This document shows positions 25,222 to 38,104 of a stretch of DNA of 64,000 nucleotides, in pieces. The stretch is from Octopus sinensis (Eukaryota). The stretch covers positions 21,266,001 through 21,330,000 of the forward strand of contig NC_043014.1 of the NCBI RefSeq assembly GCF_006345805.1, read 5' to 3'. Positions within the stretch are counted from its first letter, which is position 1; each line of letters opens with the position of its first letter. The position numbers were made by a program, and so were the translations under genes. The notes beneath the pieces were generated by a model. The model saw nothing but the letters and a program-made list of their open reading frames with translations. It had not been told where the DNA came from and ran no database searches.

Positions 25222-28200
25222 TGTGCGCTTTTCCGCGACACTCCACCCGCATCAAACGAGGAGGACTGCTTCACTGACCTGGGCCGCTGACCATGCCAGT
25301 GGACGCCTGCTCCTGGTCAGTTCCAAGCAGTTGATCTTTTTGCGGGCGCCTGTCAGCACGCTGTGGAGCGGTTCAACTTCTCCAGGCGTCCCCGTCGTCT
25401 CAACATCTCCCCAACCGAACTCTCGGCTCTTCGTTCCCTCCGACGGTGGACTGATATTGTTATTAAACCGGTCGACAAGGGTGGAGCAGTGGTGGTATGG
25501 CGCGCGGACCTCTACAAGGCCGAAGCTCTCCGCCAACTCCATGACACCTCCTTCTACTGCCCTCCGCCCTCTGACACCACGCCCAGCTACCAACAGGTTT
25601 CCTCTACCATCCATGAACTCATCTCGTCCTCCCGTCTCCCCCGCACCGCATCCAACCTCATTGTCCGACCCCCCACACACCCACCATTTACTTCCTCCCC
25701 AAAATCCACAAACACAACAACCCTGGCCGCCCCATCGTCTCCGCCTGTAACTGCCCCACCGAACTTATCTCCAAATATCTCAACCGTGTCCTTGCGCCCC
25801 TAGTGGCTTCTCTTTCTTCTCACATCCATGACACCAACCATGCTCTTCGTCTATTCAACCCTTTCTCCTTCCCTCCTGGCTCCTCCAAACTTCTCTTTAC
25901 ACTGGACATCCAGAGTCTCTACACTGTGATCCCTCACCACGAGGGGCTGCGTGCACTGAAACACTTCCTGGACCTCCGACCCAATCCCCGATCCGACACT
26001 TCCACACTCGTTCGTCTGGCCGAACTTGTCCTCTCACTCAACTGCTTCTCGTTCGCGGGCGAGTTCTACCAGCAAGTCTCGGGAGTGGCCACGGTAACGA
26101 GGATGGGCCCCAACAATGCGAACCTGTTCGTTGGCTATGTTGAGGCCCAAAATATTCTCCAGTTTCACTGGTCCCAGTCCCGAACTATATGGCCGTTATA
26201 TTGACGACTGTATCGGTGCCACCTCACTCTCACTCCTCCCGTCTAACATCTAGACTCCTCCTCTCTTTTCGTCAATCTTTCCATCCTGCCCTCCACTTCT
26301 GCATTATCTCTTCACTCTGTCTCCTTTCTTGACATTTCGGTCAGCATTCATCACTCCACTCTTACCACCTCCATCAACTACAAACCACAACTCACACTCA
26401 TACCTCACTTCTCCTCCTCCCCCCAAACACACAAGCGTTCATCCCCTATACCAATTCCCTCCGTCTACGCAGGCTCTGTAGTGATGACCATGACTTTGAG
26501 ACTTTCATCCTACGTGGACATCCCCTCACCACTATCCACCCCGCCCTTGCCAGAGCACTTCCGTGGACCGTGCATCTGCTCTCTCCCCCGAACCTGCCCT
26601 GCAGTCTCCCGCCTCCCTTTTCCCCTCACCTACCACCCCATCACCCTGCCTCTCCAATGCACCATTCTCCGAGCTTTCTGGCATCTCCAGTCCGACCCGT
26701 CCACTTCACACATCTTCCCTAACCGACCCCTCTCCTCCTTCAAACGAGCCCACAACCTACGAGACCTCTTGGTCCACAGCTTCTTCCCCAACCTACCTCC
26801 CAACCTGGCTCCTTCCCCTGCTCCCGCCCACGCTGCCGCACTTGCCCTTCCCCCTCCAACACAGACCTCCTCATCGGCACCCATCATCGACCCTATCGCA
26901 TCACCGACTCCTTTACCTGCACCTCCAGCAATATCATCTATTGCATCTCCTACTCTCTCTGCCATTCCCTGTACATCGAACAAACGGGACGCCGCTTGGC
27001 TGACCGGTTCGCGGAACACCTCCGAGACATCCGCCTCGGTAATGACACCCCGGTCTCACGCCATTTCTGCTTCACCGGTCACTCCTTGCAACACCTATCT
27101 GTGTTCGGATTGTCCTTACACAGAGGCCATCCGGACTCCCGTTTGCCCTGTGAACAAGAATTAATCTTCTCTTTTCGCTCTTTTACGCCATTTGGGATCA
27201 CTCTCCTACATCTCTTCACCCCTCCTCTCTTTCCCTCTTCTCTCTTTCTCTCTTTCACTCTTCTCTCTTTTTCTCTGCTCCCTCACTCTCCTTCTCTCCT
27301 CTCCCCCCTTCCCTCCTACTTCTTCCCACCCAACTCTCCTCTCTTGCCCCGACTCCTACTTCTCTTCACTCTTACTTCTCTTCATCCCTACTCTCTTTCC
27401 CTCTTCTCTCTTTCTCTCTTCTCTCTTTCTCTCTTCTCTCCAACTCTCTTACTCTCTTTCTCTCATCTCGTTCCCTCTTCTCTCTTACTCTCTCTCTCTC
27501 TTACTCTTTTCCTCTCTTCTCTCTTTTTCTCTTCTCTCTTACTCTCTTTCTCTCCTCTCTCCTCCTCTCTCTCCTTACTCTCTCTTTCTCTCTTCTCTCC
27601 TCATCTCTCTCCTCACATACCCACCTTCTCCTCCCCCATAAGCCCACCCACCCTTACACATTCCTTCTCCACCTTCCGATCCCCCCATCCTATCCCACAC
27701 ACCCTCTCCCACATACCCCACCTCTACCCCCACCCTCTGCCTACCCACAAACCCCAACTCTACTCCAACCCTCAGTCGAACCCACACCCCACCGTGCTTT
27801 CCCCATTCTCGCCTCCCCCACCTCCCAACATCACACCACTACACCATACAACACTACACATCACATCACAACGCACCACCCACACACCCATCCCCACATT
27901 TTCACACCTACACATACATACACACACACGTCCAGACCACCAGCCCTCTTTCACACGCACATACATACTCTCTTATACACGCACGCACCTTCGTGTTGGG
28001 GATCATCTTTACTTTGTTATCTCCCCTACTTCCCTCTCGTGTGTGACCCTTCTGTCCGAGTCAGTGCCATGATAGATCGTTAGCCTATCACACATTTTTT
28101 CTCTACTTGTTTCTCTCCTTGTTTTTTCTGTGTCCCTTTTTGTAGAAGAGCGTAGGCTCGAAACATAAAAGACTTTTTCTATTCATGAGCGTTATACTAA

Positions 28201-28260
28201 TACATCTGTTTGCTTTGTACACCACCTGTCTTCGTCTTTTGTTTTTTCGTAAACTCTCTC
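25222..28260 (+). mobile_element. Penelope-like element (RT + C-terminal GIY-YIG), 5'-truncated and frameshifted
   Basis: IVIKPVDKGGAVVVW, LFTLDIQSLYTVIPH, QVSGVAT..MGP..ANLFVGYVE, RYIDD-type motif (~26195). GIY-YIG ..QTGRRLADRFAEHLRDIRLGNDTPVSRHF. CT/CA-rich 3' region follows. Confidence 0.85.
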
Positions 28261-28277
28261 TCTATATATATATATAG

Positions 28278-28702
28278 GCGCATGCGTGGCTGTGTCGTAA
28301 GAAGCTTGCTTCCCAACCGCATCGTTCCGGGTTCAGTCCCACTGCGTGGCACCTTAAGCAAGTGTTTTCTACTATTGCCTCAGGCCGACCAAAGCCTTGT
28401 GAGTGGTTTTGGTAGACAAGAAACTTGTCGTGTGTGTATGCACGCGCGCGCGTGTGTGTGTAAGTGTGTGTGTGTGCGTATTTGTGTGTTTTTGTCTGTG
28501 TTTGTCCCCCAACCATTGCTTGACAACCGATGTTGGTGTGTTTATGCCCCCCATAACTTAACATTTCGGCAAAGAAACCGATAGAATAAGTACTAGGCTT
28601 AGAAAGAATAAGTTCTGGGGCCGATTTGTTCGATTGAAACCTCCTAAGGTGGTGCTCCGGCATTACCGCAGTCAAATGACTGAAACAAGTAAAGATAATA
28701 AA
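28278..28702 (+). mobile_element. tRNA-derived SINE, full length
   Basis: Head with B-box-like GGTTCAGTCCC and conserved tail. Confidence 0.85.
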
Positions 28703-28706
28703 AGAC

Positions 28707-28760
<54 letters not shown>

Positions 28761-28821
28761 CTCCTCTCTCTCTATCTTTCTATATATCTCTCTCTCTCTC
28801 TCACACACACCACACACACGG

Positions 28822-28865
<44 letters not shown>

Positions 28866-29830
28866 AGGTGTATAGAATTTCATTTTACTTGACAAAAACA
28901 GGCTACTGATGAGGGGCCCTTCTTACGTCTTATGATTCATCAAATCAGAAACTGGACCAATGTTCTTCTCATCAATGATTTAGTTATTTGACGCTAAAAA
29001 ATATCTACGTATTTTCTGAAGTCTTTGAAAGAATCAGTGAAATAGCAAAACCCGAGAAACGAACCTATATCGCGTAATTAATTCAATCCGAAGGAAAGTT
29101 TACTACAATATTCTAAGATTAATATATAATATACTATAAAATAACATAATATAATCCAATGCAGTATAATATAATGTAACCTTATACAATATCATATAAT
29201 ATAAATATATAATATAATACAATATAAAAATATAATGTAATATAATATAATACATAATAGAATATAGATAACAAAGGAGACTGTTAATTGGTTAGTTATA
29301 ACCTCATTATGAACTCAAATCATGTTTACAGTAACAGAACAAGTGTGTTAAGAAGCCAACAGCTATTCACGGCCGTAACGGTCGCCATTTTAACAGAACG
29401 CAAATATATTTATTACCTTTCAACCATTGTTAAACGCTGGCAAATCGAGACAAATTTCATTTTCATTCTTAGGTTTCCAAGCACGTATTTTTCTGTAAAC
29501 TAACTGAAAGCGGTCTCAACCAGCGCGATATGAATATTATATTGAATTTTCAGGCCTTGTATCTTGATATTTACAGCCGCCTTACCCCCCTCTCTCTCTC
29601 TCTTTCTCGTCTCTCTCTCCCTCTCTCTCTCTCTCTTTCTCGTTCTCTCTTTCTTTATTATTATTATTAGCAGTAGTATTAGTATTGTTGTTGTTGCTAT
29701 CATCATCATTATTGTTGTTATTTAGATATTTGTTTTTGTTTTTGAGAAATTTGTTGGGTTTTGTGTGTGTGTGTGTGTGTACGTGTGTGTATGTGTGTGT
29801 GCGTGTGTGTGTGTGTGTACGTGCGTGTGT

Positions 29831-29871
<41 letters not shown>

Positions 29872-30128
29872 TGTGCGTGTGTGTGTGTGTGCGCGCATTG
29901 TGATGGCAGTATGTCGTTTAATATTATGATGGTGAAACGTTGGCGTTATACCGAAAAACATCATTCGAAAACAATGACTAGAACACAATAAGATGGGTTG
30001 GCATGGGATGGGAAGGTTGTGGAAGGGATGGAATGCGGAGCAAATGAATGGTTTGGTATGTGAAAGCATTAAAAATAAAGAGGGAAGGAAGGAACGAAGG
30101 AAAACCGTGTAATGATGAAGAGGGTCAA

Positions 30129-30164
<36 letters not shown>

Positions 30165-30166
30165 AA

Positions 30167-30206
<40 letters not shown>

Positions 30207-30319
30207 AGAAAGAAGAAAGAAAGAAAGAAAGAATGAAGGAAGGAAGGAAGGAATGAACCAGCATGGCCACAGTCTAATGACAGAAACGAGTAAATAAAAT
30301 GATAAAAGAAAAGAAACAA

Positions 30320-30383
<64 letters not shown>

Positions 30384-30879
30384 AAAAAAGAAAGAAAGAA
30401 AGAAAGAAAGAAAGGAACGAACGAACGAAGAAAGAAAGGAAGAGAACAAAGAAGGGAGGAAAGAAAGAAAGAAAGAAATGGAAACTAGAAAAGAATAAGG
30501 TGATAAAGATGAAGAAAGATGGAGATATATATCGAATGATGTAGAAATGTTTAGATGCAGAAAAGTATAGATGTGTCAAGCTGGAGCAATAACGAGAAAG
30601 AAAGAAACAGAGGAAATACGAGAGGTGGAGAAAATTACAAAAACAGATCTCAATAAATGTCTATGTGTGTATATGTGTATCTAAGTGTATACCATATATG
30701 TGTATGTGTGTGTTTGTGTATCTGCATATATGTCTGTATTTGTATGTGTGCATGCATGTGAGTGCATTTGTATATGTGTACATAAGTTTGTGTATGTAAA
30801 TTTGTGTGTATATATTTTTATGTGAATGTATATATAATAGTTTATCAGTGTGTGTTGTGTGTGTGTAAGAGAGTGTTAT

Positions 30880-31400
30880 GTGTTTGCAGGGCAGCAGTAG
30901 AGAAATAGCATTCGAGTCCGTTGTAGCAAATGTTTTAGACAAAGTAATGCTCAAAATAACCTTTCAATATCAGAGAGGATGCTGCTAAAGTCACGGAATA
31001 GCTTCATGGCTCAATTACTTTGATCTTTGTCATAAGACTGCATCAGAAGAAATGCATGGAGCAACATCCGGGACATTTCTTAGCATCGGTCAAAGATCGG
31101 TCCAAAGCTTTCCAAACCATAAACAGGAACTTCTGTGCGATATTCTCAGAAAATATGGTTGTCAATTTAAATTCGGGAAACTCTTCTGCCAATTCCAAAA
31201 AGGAATTACAGCCCACCTTGTTGAGGTTGCAAGAGGAATTTTGGACCGAGTCGTTCAGTATAAACATGAAAGTTAGACAAGGCTGTGTGCTGATTGCGGT
31301 AATGTTTGATATCTTCCTCCTGTTTTACGCTAAAAAAATGGAAAGGGAGATAGAAATCCCTATTACCTTGCGACTGAGCTGGAACTTCTACATCAAACTT
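30880..31400 (+). mobile_element. RTE-clade LINE RT fragment
   Basis: IFVIRLHQKKCMEQH..SKAFQTINR..VRQGCVL resembles RTE RT motifs. Confidence 0.55.
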
Positions 31401-32507
31401 CAGAATATCACAAAACTCAGATCTGAACGAATCACAAAACTAAGCTCCATTATCTTGACAATTGTATTATGGTTAGTTTTAAATCTTTATAAACCATTAT
31501 TTCAGCTACTGCTACAAACTATGAAAGAATTGTTCAAGAGCTACAATCCAGAAGACAGAGCTCATCTATCAATGACATTATCCCCACCATACTACTCCTT
31601 ACTTTCTTTTAATAATAGCAACAACCAGTTTCAATCTCCAGGTTTAGAGACCACCTCTGCAGCAGCATCCCCCAATGACTGTGCGTTGGATGAAGACAAC
31701 CAAATAACCAGACAGTTCTTTGCTACCTTCGAAAGTTTCAAAAAGGAAACCTTAAAGTCAAGGTCCGCGGTTACGGAGCAATTTAGGTTTTCATTCTCTT
31801 ATGAGAGCGGGAACATATACATGAACCTCATACAGCTTCCGCATTAAGGATCTGGACGCTTTAAACACCCAGTGGTCTTAGAAGATCCTTTCCGACACGT
31901 AGTAAGAATTCCACACACAAAATTCATTGAAACTAGTTCTGCAGCATTGAATACACAGCACAAAGGCAGCGACTCAAGTGAACCGAGCTTTTAATATGCA
32001 TGTCTGACTCACGTTTCAGCCTATGATACACTTTGGCCAGTTACATCAGTGATTAACTATAAAACTAACGAAGCGAATTATTTTCCCAAATTTTCATTCA
32101 TTTTACTGTAATATGCATTATGTATTTCGTCGTTATATATTCCTGCTCTCTCCACCCTCTCTGTTTTCTTTATCTACCCCTCAGTCCTTTATTATATATA
32201 TATATGAATATATGTATGTATGTTTGTATGCATGTATGTATTATGTATATATGTATGTGTGTATGTATGTACGTACGTATGTATGTATGCTTAGATATGT
32301 TTATATCATTCTCCATTTCACCATCTCTCCTCTATCTCTCTATCTTGTTATTTCTCTCTGTGACTCTCTATATTTTCTCCAGCTCACCATCTCATTATTT
32401 TTCTCACTCCTGTTCAGTTTTCTCGCCGTATATCCCAATTCCTTTCTCTCCCCTTTACCATCTCATTATATCTCTCTCACTACCTTAGTCGCTTTCACTC
32501 TCTCTTT

Positions 32508-32551
<44 letters not shown>

Positions 32552-34096
32552 GTCTTTCTCTCATTCTCTTAATGTTTACTTCTGTCTACCTCTCTCACAA
32601 TTGCCTTCTAACTCACTCTCATTATCTCGCTCCTTTCCTCATCATCTTTCAAACTCACCCTTTTTCTCTCGTTCTTCCACTATCTTTTACAAATAACATT
32701 TCATATGATAAAAAAAACACAAGGAGAAAGTTATTTTTTACGTAAATTATTCTATTAAAACTAGAGATAGGAAATAAAAAAAAATCGTGAAACATATTTA
32801 TGTAGAATGTAAGAAATACAGTGAAATTGGGAGGGGTTGTAAAATGATGGTTGAATGTCGGTCATATGCGGTAGATTGCATAAGTAGGCGAGAAATAGCG
32901 AGCTTTTGTTGTCCATTCCAAAGTATCTTCTAGTTTTCTAGATATGTGCTACCGATATTAGCTAGTTAAAGTAATACAATGAGCTGGTGTCATATTTTTG
33001 TAACTGCTGCACACACACACATTTATACACATAGGCACGCACAAAAACTCATATACATGTCTATGTGTGTGTGTGTGTGTGTGTGTGTGCGTGCGATTAT
33101 GCATGTAACTATAAAATACATAAATATGTATACACACACACACACATATATATATGGTCATAGATGAGAGTCTCTCTCTCTATATATATATGCATAAAAT
33201 ATGTGTTCATACATATATGTATGTACATTTATATATATATATATATATTTATATATAATATATATATGTATGTATATATACGTATATATATTATATATAT
33301 ATATACACATACATACATACATACATACACACATGTTAATACGCACTGTTACACACACGTATATATACACTCAATCCTTAAGCACACATATACCTCTACA
33401 TACAGTGCAGTGACATATTCATCAACGTTCTTAGGTAGAAGACACTCGCGTGTGTATATATGCTATATATTTTTTAATCAGACATGTGATATTTGTCCCC
33501 CTCTTTCATTCTTTCTCTCGTTCGTTCTTTCTTTCTTTTCATAGTCGCCACCATCTACCCCCACCCTCACCCAACCCCTCATCATTCCTTATCCAGCATT
33601 ATACATCACCAAAGTACTTAGGTAAATTAATGTGTATATATGCATGTAGATAAATATGAATGTGCGTGTATGTGTGCATGTATGTGTACATACATGTATA
33701 CACACATAGATGCACAGAAATGCACTTACATGTGTATGTGAGTGTATTCGTGGGTACAAGTGTGTGTGTGTATTCGTGTCCATACTTTAATACATGTTAT
33801 TGTAGAGAAGTGTGGACATATTGATCTATACATGTATTATAGATATGTGGATGCATGTCACGTATGAACGTGTATGTATATATATGTGTGTGTGTGTGTG
33901 TGTGGTTCATATAAAATTACATATATACATTCATATATGAAGTACTTATAAAAAATAATTGAACATGCTTTTATGCAATAATATCAATATGAATACGAAC
34001 TGGAATACATACACACATACACGTGCATATATATATAGATATATATATATATATAGATATATATAATATGTGTATGTATGCATGTATATATATAGG

Positions 34097-34150
<54 letters not shown>

Positions 34151-34612
34151 CATATTTATATTTATATAAACATGTATATATATGTGTGTGTGTGTGTTAT
34201 ATATATATAGCCAAAGCGTATGTCTCTATGCGCCCATGTGTGTGTATGCATGTAGGTATGTATGTACATATATGTAGATACGTATGTGTATGTGTGTCTG
34301 TGTCTGTGTGACTGTGCCTCTGTGTGTGTTTGTGTGTGTGCGTGTATGTGCGTGCATGCGTATATGAAAATAGAGCTATAAAGTGCATCTATGTGTGGGT
34401 GTTAGCGTCGATCCCTGAAACTTAAGTGATAGCCAACCAGTACGGTTTTATATTTTATAAGGTGGAGGACATATAACCGTATATGTGTTCATAGGTGTGT
34501 GTGTGTGTGCACATGCATGTGTGTGTATGTGAGTGTATGGACAGATGGATTGATGGCTGGATGTTTGTGTGACAAATACATACATACACACGCATATATA
34601 GATATATTATAT

Positions 34613-34681
<69 letters not shown>

Positions 34682-34844
34682 TAATAACATATATAATATA
34701 TATATAATACATACTTACATATATATACACACAAAGCGGAAGAGAGAGAACATAATGATACATATTTATATATATAGACATATACATATAGATATATGTG
34801 TGTGCATGTTTACGTATACTTATGTGTAAGTAATTGTATGTATG

Positions 34845-34885
<41 letters not shown>

Positions 34886-35453
34886 AATATGTATATATAT
34901 CTGCGTATGTATGTATATATATATATATATATATATACATACGTGTATGCATATACATACATAAGTAAATGTAAATGAATAGATTAATGCATGTGTATAT
35001 ATGCCTATAAATATATCTATGTCCGTATAATGGATATGGAATTTATGTAAAATGTTATGTCATCATTATTGCCCTTGATTGTTGTTGTTCATGTTGTTTC
35101 GTATCTGCACTGAATAACTGCCTACATACTCTGCTAGCAGATGGAGCCACCCTCAGATGCAAGTCTTCCATTGCAATACGTCGCACAGACACACTGGTGT
35201 AATATACACTGATTCATATAGGCTTCTGCTCTGGTGTACCGTCTTTGTTGCGTGTGCGTGCGTACATGCGTGTGTGCGTGTCTGTGTGAGTGTGTCCGTG
35301 CGTGTATATGAATGTGCTCGCACGAGTGTGCTACTTGTATGAGCGTAGGCACGTACGTTCTTGTTACACACACAAACACATATATATGTATACATGTGTG
35401 CGTGTGTGTCCATATATGTGTAAATGCATACACACACACAGGTATATATGTGT

Positions 35454-35529
<76 letters not shown>

Positions 35530-36011
35530 ATGTATGTATGTATATATATATGCATTTATGTATACTTTGGGTATGGTAGATGAGTTCAGAAAAAATTTAG
35601 ATTCAGATGAATATGGTACTTAAGTTGAGGCACCAGAATTTAGTATGGTATTATCCAGTAATGATTACTTTATGACTTCATTGCTTTCAGGCTTAGCTTA
35701 AGGTATTTTCGCGCCCGACATCACAAAATGTGTCTAAATAAACATTGCCGGATAGCAAATAGAGATTCGGACATTGCTTAGAAAATAATTTTCATTTTTA
35801 ACCTCGTATATAGTATTCGCTAGGGAATTTTGACCTTTAAATTTTGGGAAAAATGCGGATTATACTCGAGGATTTACGCTATATATATATATATATATGT
35901 GTGTGTGTATATATATATAATATAATATATATATATATATTATATATATAAAGATATACATATGGCCAATGTCACACGGCTGAAACAAATGAAAGAATAA
36001 AAGAATACATA

Positions 36012-37303
36012 CGAGGGGCGTTCAATAAGTAATGCCCCTGACCCACTTCCCATAGCAGTAGAGCAACGAAACTTGGCACAGTCATTAGTCTTTTTCTACA
36101 TAGGAACCACCCAGAGTTACGCATTTCTCCCATTGTTTGATGCAGCTCTGAAGACCGTTTTTGTAGAAGACCCCAGCTTGGTCCTCCAACCACGACGTGA
36201 CTTCAGAAATCAAGGCTGCATCATCTAAGAAATGCTTTCCTTTCAAAAACAATTTCATGGCTGGAAAGAGGTGAAAATCAGAGGGTGCAAGGTCAGGAGA
36301 GTAAAGGGAATGGGGAAGGAGTTCATAGTCGCACGCCTGTGCTTCTGATCTGGCAACACGCGAGTTGTGGATCGGAGCGTTATCCTGCAGGAGGAGGATG
36401 ACTTTGCTGATCTTGCCCCGCCTCTTGATTTTGATAGCTTCTCTTAATTTCCTCAAAAGTGAAGCATAATAGACTCCTGTAATTGTGGCACCCTTTGCCA
36501 GGAAATCTGTCATCATTACTCCGTCCTGGTCCCAGAAGACTGTGAGCATGACCTTGCCAGCGGAGGGCTGTACCCTTGCCTTCTTTGGAGGAGGTGAGTC
36601 ACGGTGCTTCTACTGCATTGACTGGGCTTTGGTCTCTGGATCATAGTGATGGACCCAGGTTTCATCCTGTGTAATCAGTCTTTTGAAAAATTTTGACTCA
36701 TCTTCTTGGCACATCTCCAAATTCATCCTCGAGCAATCGACGCGTTCTTGCTTCTGGAAAGGTGTGAGCAACCTGGGAATCCATCTGGCAGACACCTTTT
36801 GCATATTCAAATGGTAATGAATGATAGTTTCCACAGACCCGGTGCTAATCTTGACCTCATGCGCTATTTGGCGAATAGTTACGCGTCGATCTTCCAAAAT
36901 GACAGCCTCAACTTGACGGACAGATGCCTTATCAATGGCAGAAGGGGGCGACCAGATCTGGGAGCTGTTTCCACAGAGTTCCTACCATGTTTGAATTCAC
37001 GATGCCAGCGTTTTACAAGTTCATATGATGGGGCATCATCACCATAAGTTACTTTCATTTCATCAAAATTCCCCCGTGGTGTGCGTCCTTTCAAATACAA
37101 AAACCCGATCACTGCTCGACACTCAACAGGCTCCATTTCCCACTTGACTCAGTTCAAATACCTGTAAATCAGAAACCACAATTAGTTCAGAGCTGTAATT
37201 TGCAACTTAATCTATAGAGATATAAATAATTGCACATGCAAAATTTTAGCTAGATCAAACAACTGCAAGTAGGTCAGAGGCATTACTTATTGAACGCCCC
37301 TCG
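36012..37303 (-). mobile_element. Full-length DD34D mariner, transposase inactivated
   Basis: ~32-bp TIRs CGAGGGGCGTTCAATAAGTAATGCC with TA duplications (36010, 37304). Motifs ITQDETWVHHYDP, QDNAP..YSPDLAPSD with 34 residues between the last two D. One frameshift and one stop. Confidence 0.92.
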
Positions 37304-37335
37304 TACATACATACATACATACATACATACATACA

Positions 37336-37394
<59 letters not shown>

Positions 37395-37413
37395 TATAAT
37401 ATATATATATATC

Positions 37414-37451
<38 letters not shown>

Positions 37452-37469
37452 ATAAATATATATATATAT

Positions 37470-37675
37470 TCTTTTATTCTTTCATTTGTTTCCGCCGTGT
37501 GACATTGGCCATGCTTTCAACGAATAAGTCGGCAGTAGGATTTATTCTTTGTAAGCCTAGTACTTATTCTAGCGGTTTCTTTTGCCGAACCGTCAAGTTG
37601 CGGAGACTTAAGCACACTAACATTGGTAGTCAAGCGATGACGGGGTGGTCAAACAGACACACACACAAATATATA
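37470..37675 (-). mobile_element. SINE tail fragment
   Basis: Homology to the SINE body. Confidence 0.6.
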
Positions 37676-37692
37676 TATATATATTATATAAT

Positions 37693-37735
<43 letters not shown>

Positions 37736-37800
37736 AGAGATTCTCTGAGAGAATCTCTTATCTATCCTCAAACGGGGGCGTATTCAATAGGCATTGTGAG

Positions 37801-37838
<38 letters not shown>

Positions 37839-37842
37839 TTTA

Positions 37843-37978
37843 TTTTAAGCAGCAGAAAATTCAACAAAATCTGTGTACTCTGAGTTTCTCGTTGCCGTTC
37901 ATCAGACAGTAACTGTCTGATGAACGGCAACGAGAAACTCAGAGTAACAGATTTTGTTGAATTTTCTGCTGCTTAAAA
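37843..37978. repeat. Near-perfect palindrome made of two hammerhead-bearing arms around a 3-nt loop
   Basis: ..GTTGCCGTTCATCAGACAG-TAA-CTGTCTGATGAACGGCAAC.. Confidence 0.85.
37913..37950 (+). ncRNA. Minimal type I hammerhead motif
   Basis: CUGU-CUGAUGA-A-CG-GCAA-CG-A-GAAAC-UC-A-GAGUA/ACAG. Mirror copy at 37871-37909 (-). Confidence 0.7.
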
Positions 37979-38052
37979 TAAAGCATATTACTCTACCACT
38001 GGTATTTGAGTACTCTTTTTTCCACCTTGTTTCACATTTATGTGTTTACTCC

Positions 38053-38101
<49 letters not shown>

Positions 38102-38104
<3 letters not shown>

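Noticed and set aside
26996-28072. 358-aa ORF
   Set aside because: Only the first ~60 residues are PLE GIY-YIG; the rest is CT/CA low-complexity read-through.
28130-28178. Hammerhead at the 3' end of the PLE (GAAGAGC-GTAG-GCTCGAAAC)
   Set aside because: The position fits a pLTR HHR, but the CUGA core and stem III are not intact in this copy.
31020-31847. 275-aa host gene
   Set aside because: The N-terminal part is a decayed RTE RT. The rest has no recognisable motif or splice structure, and it starts at a non-ATG codon.
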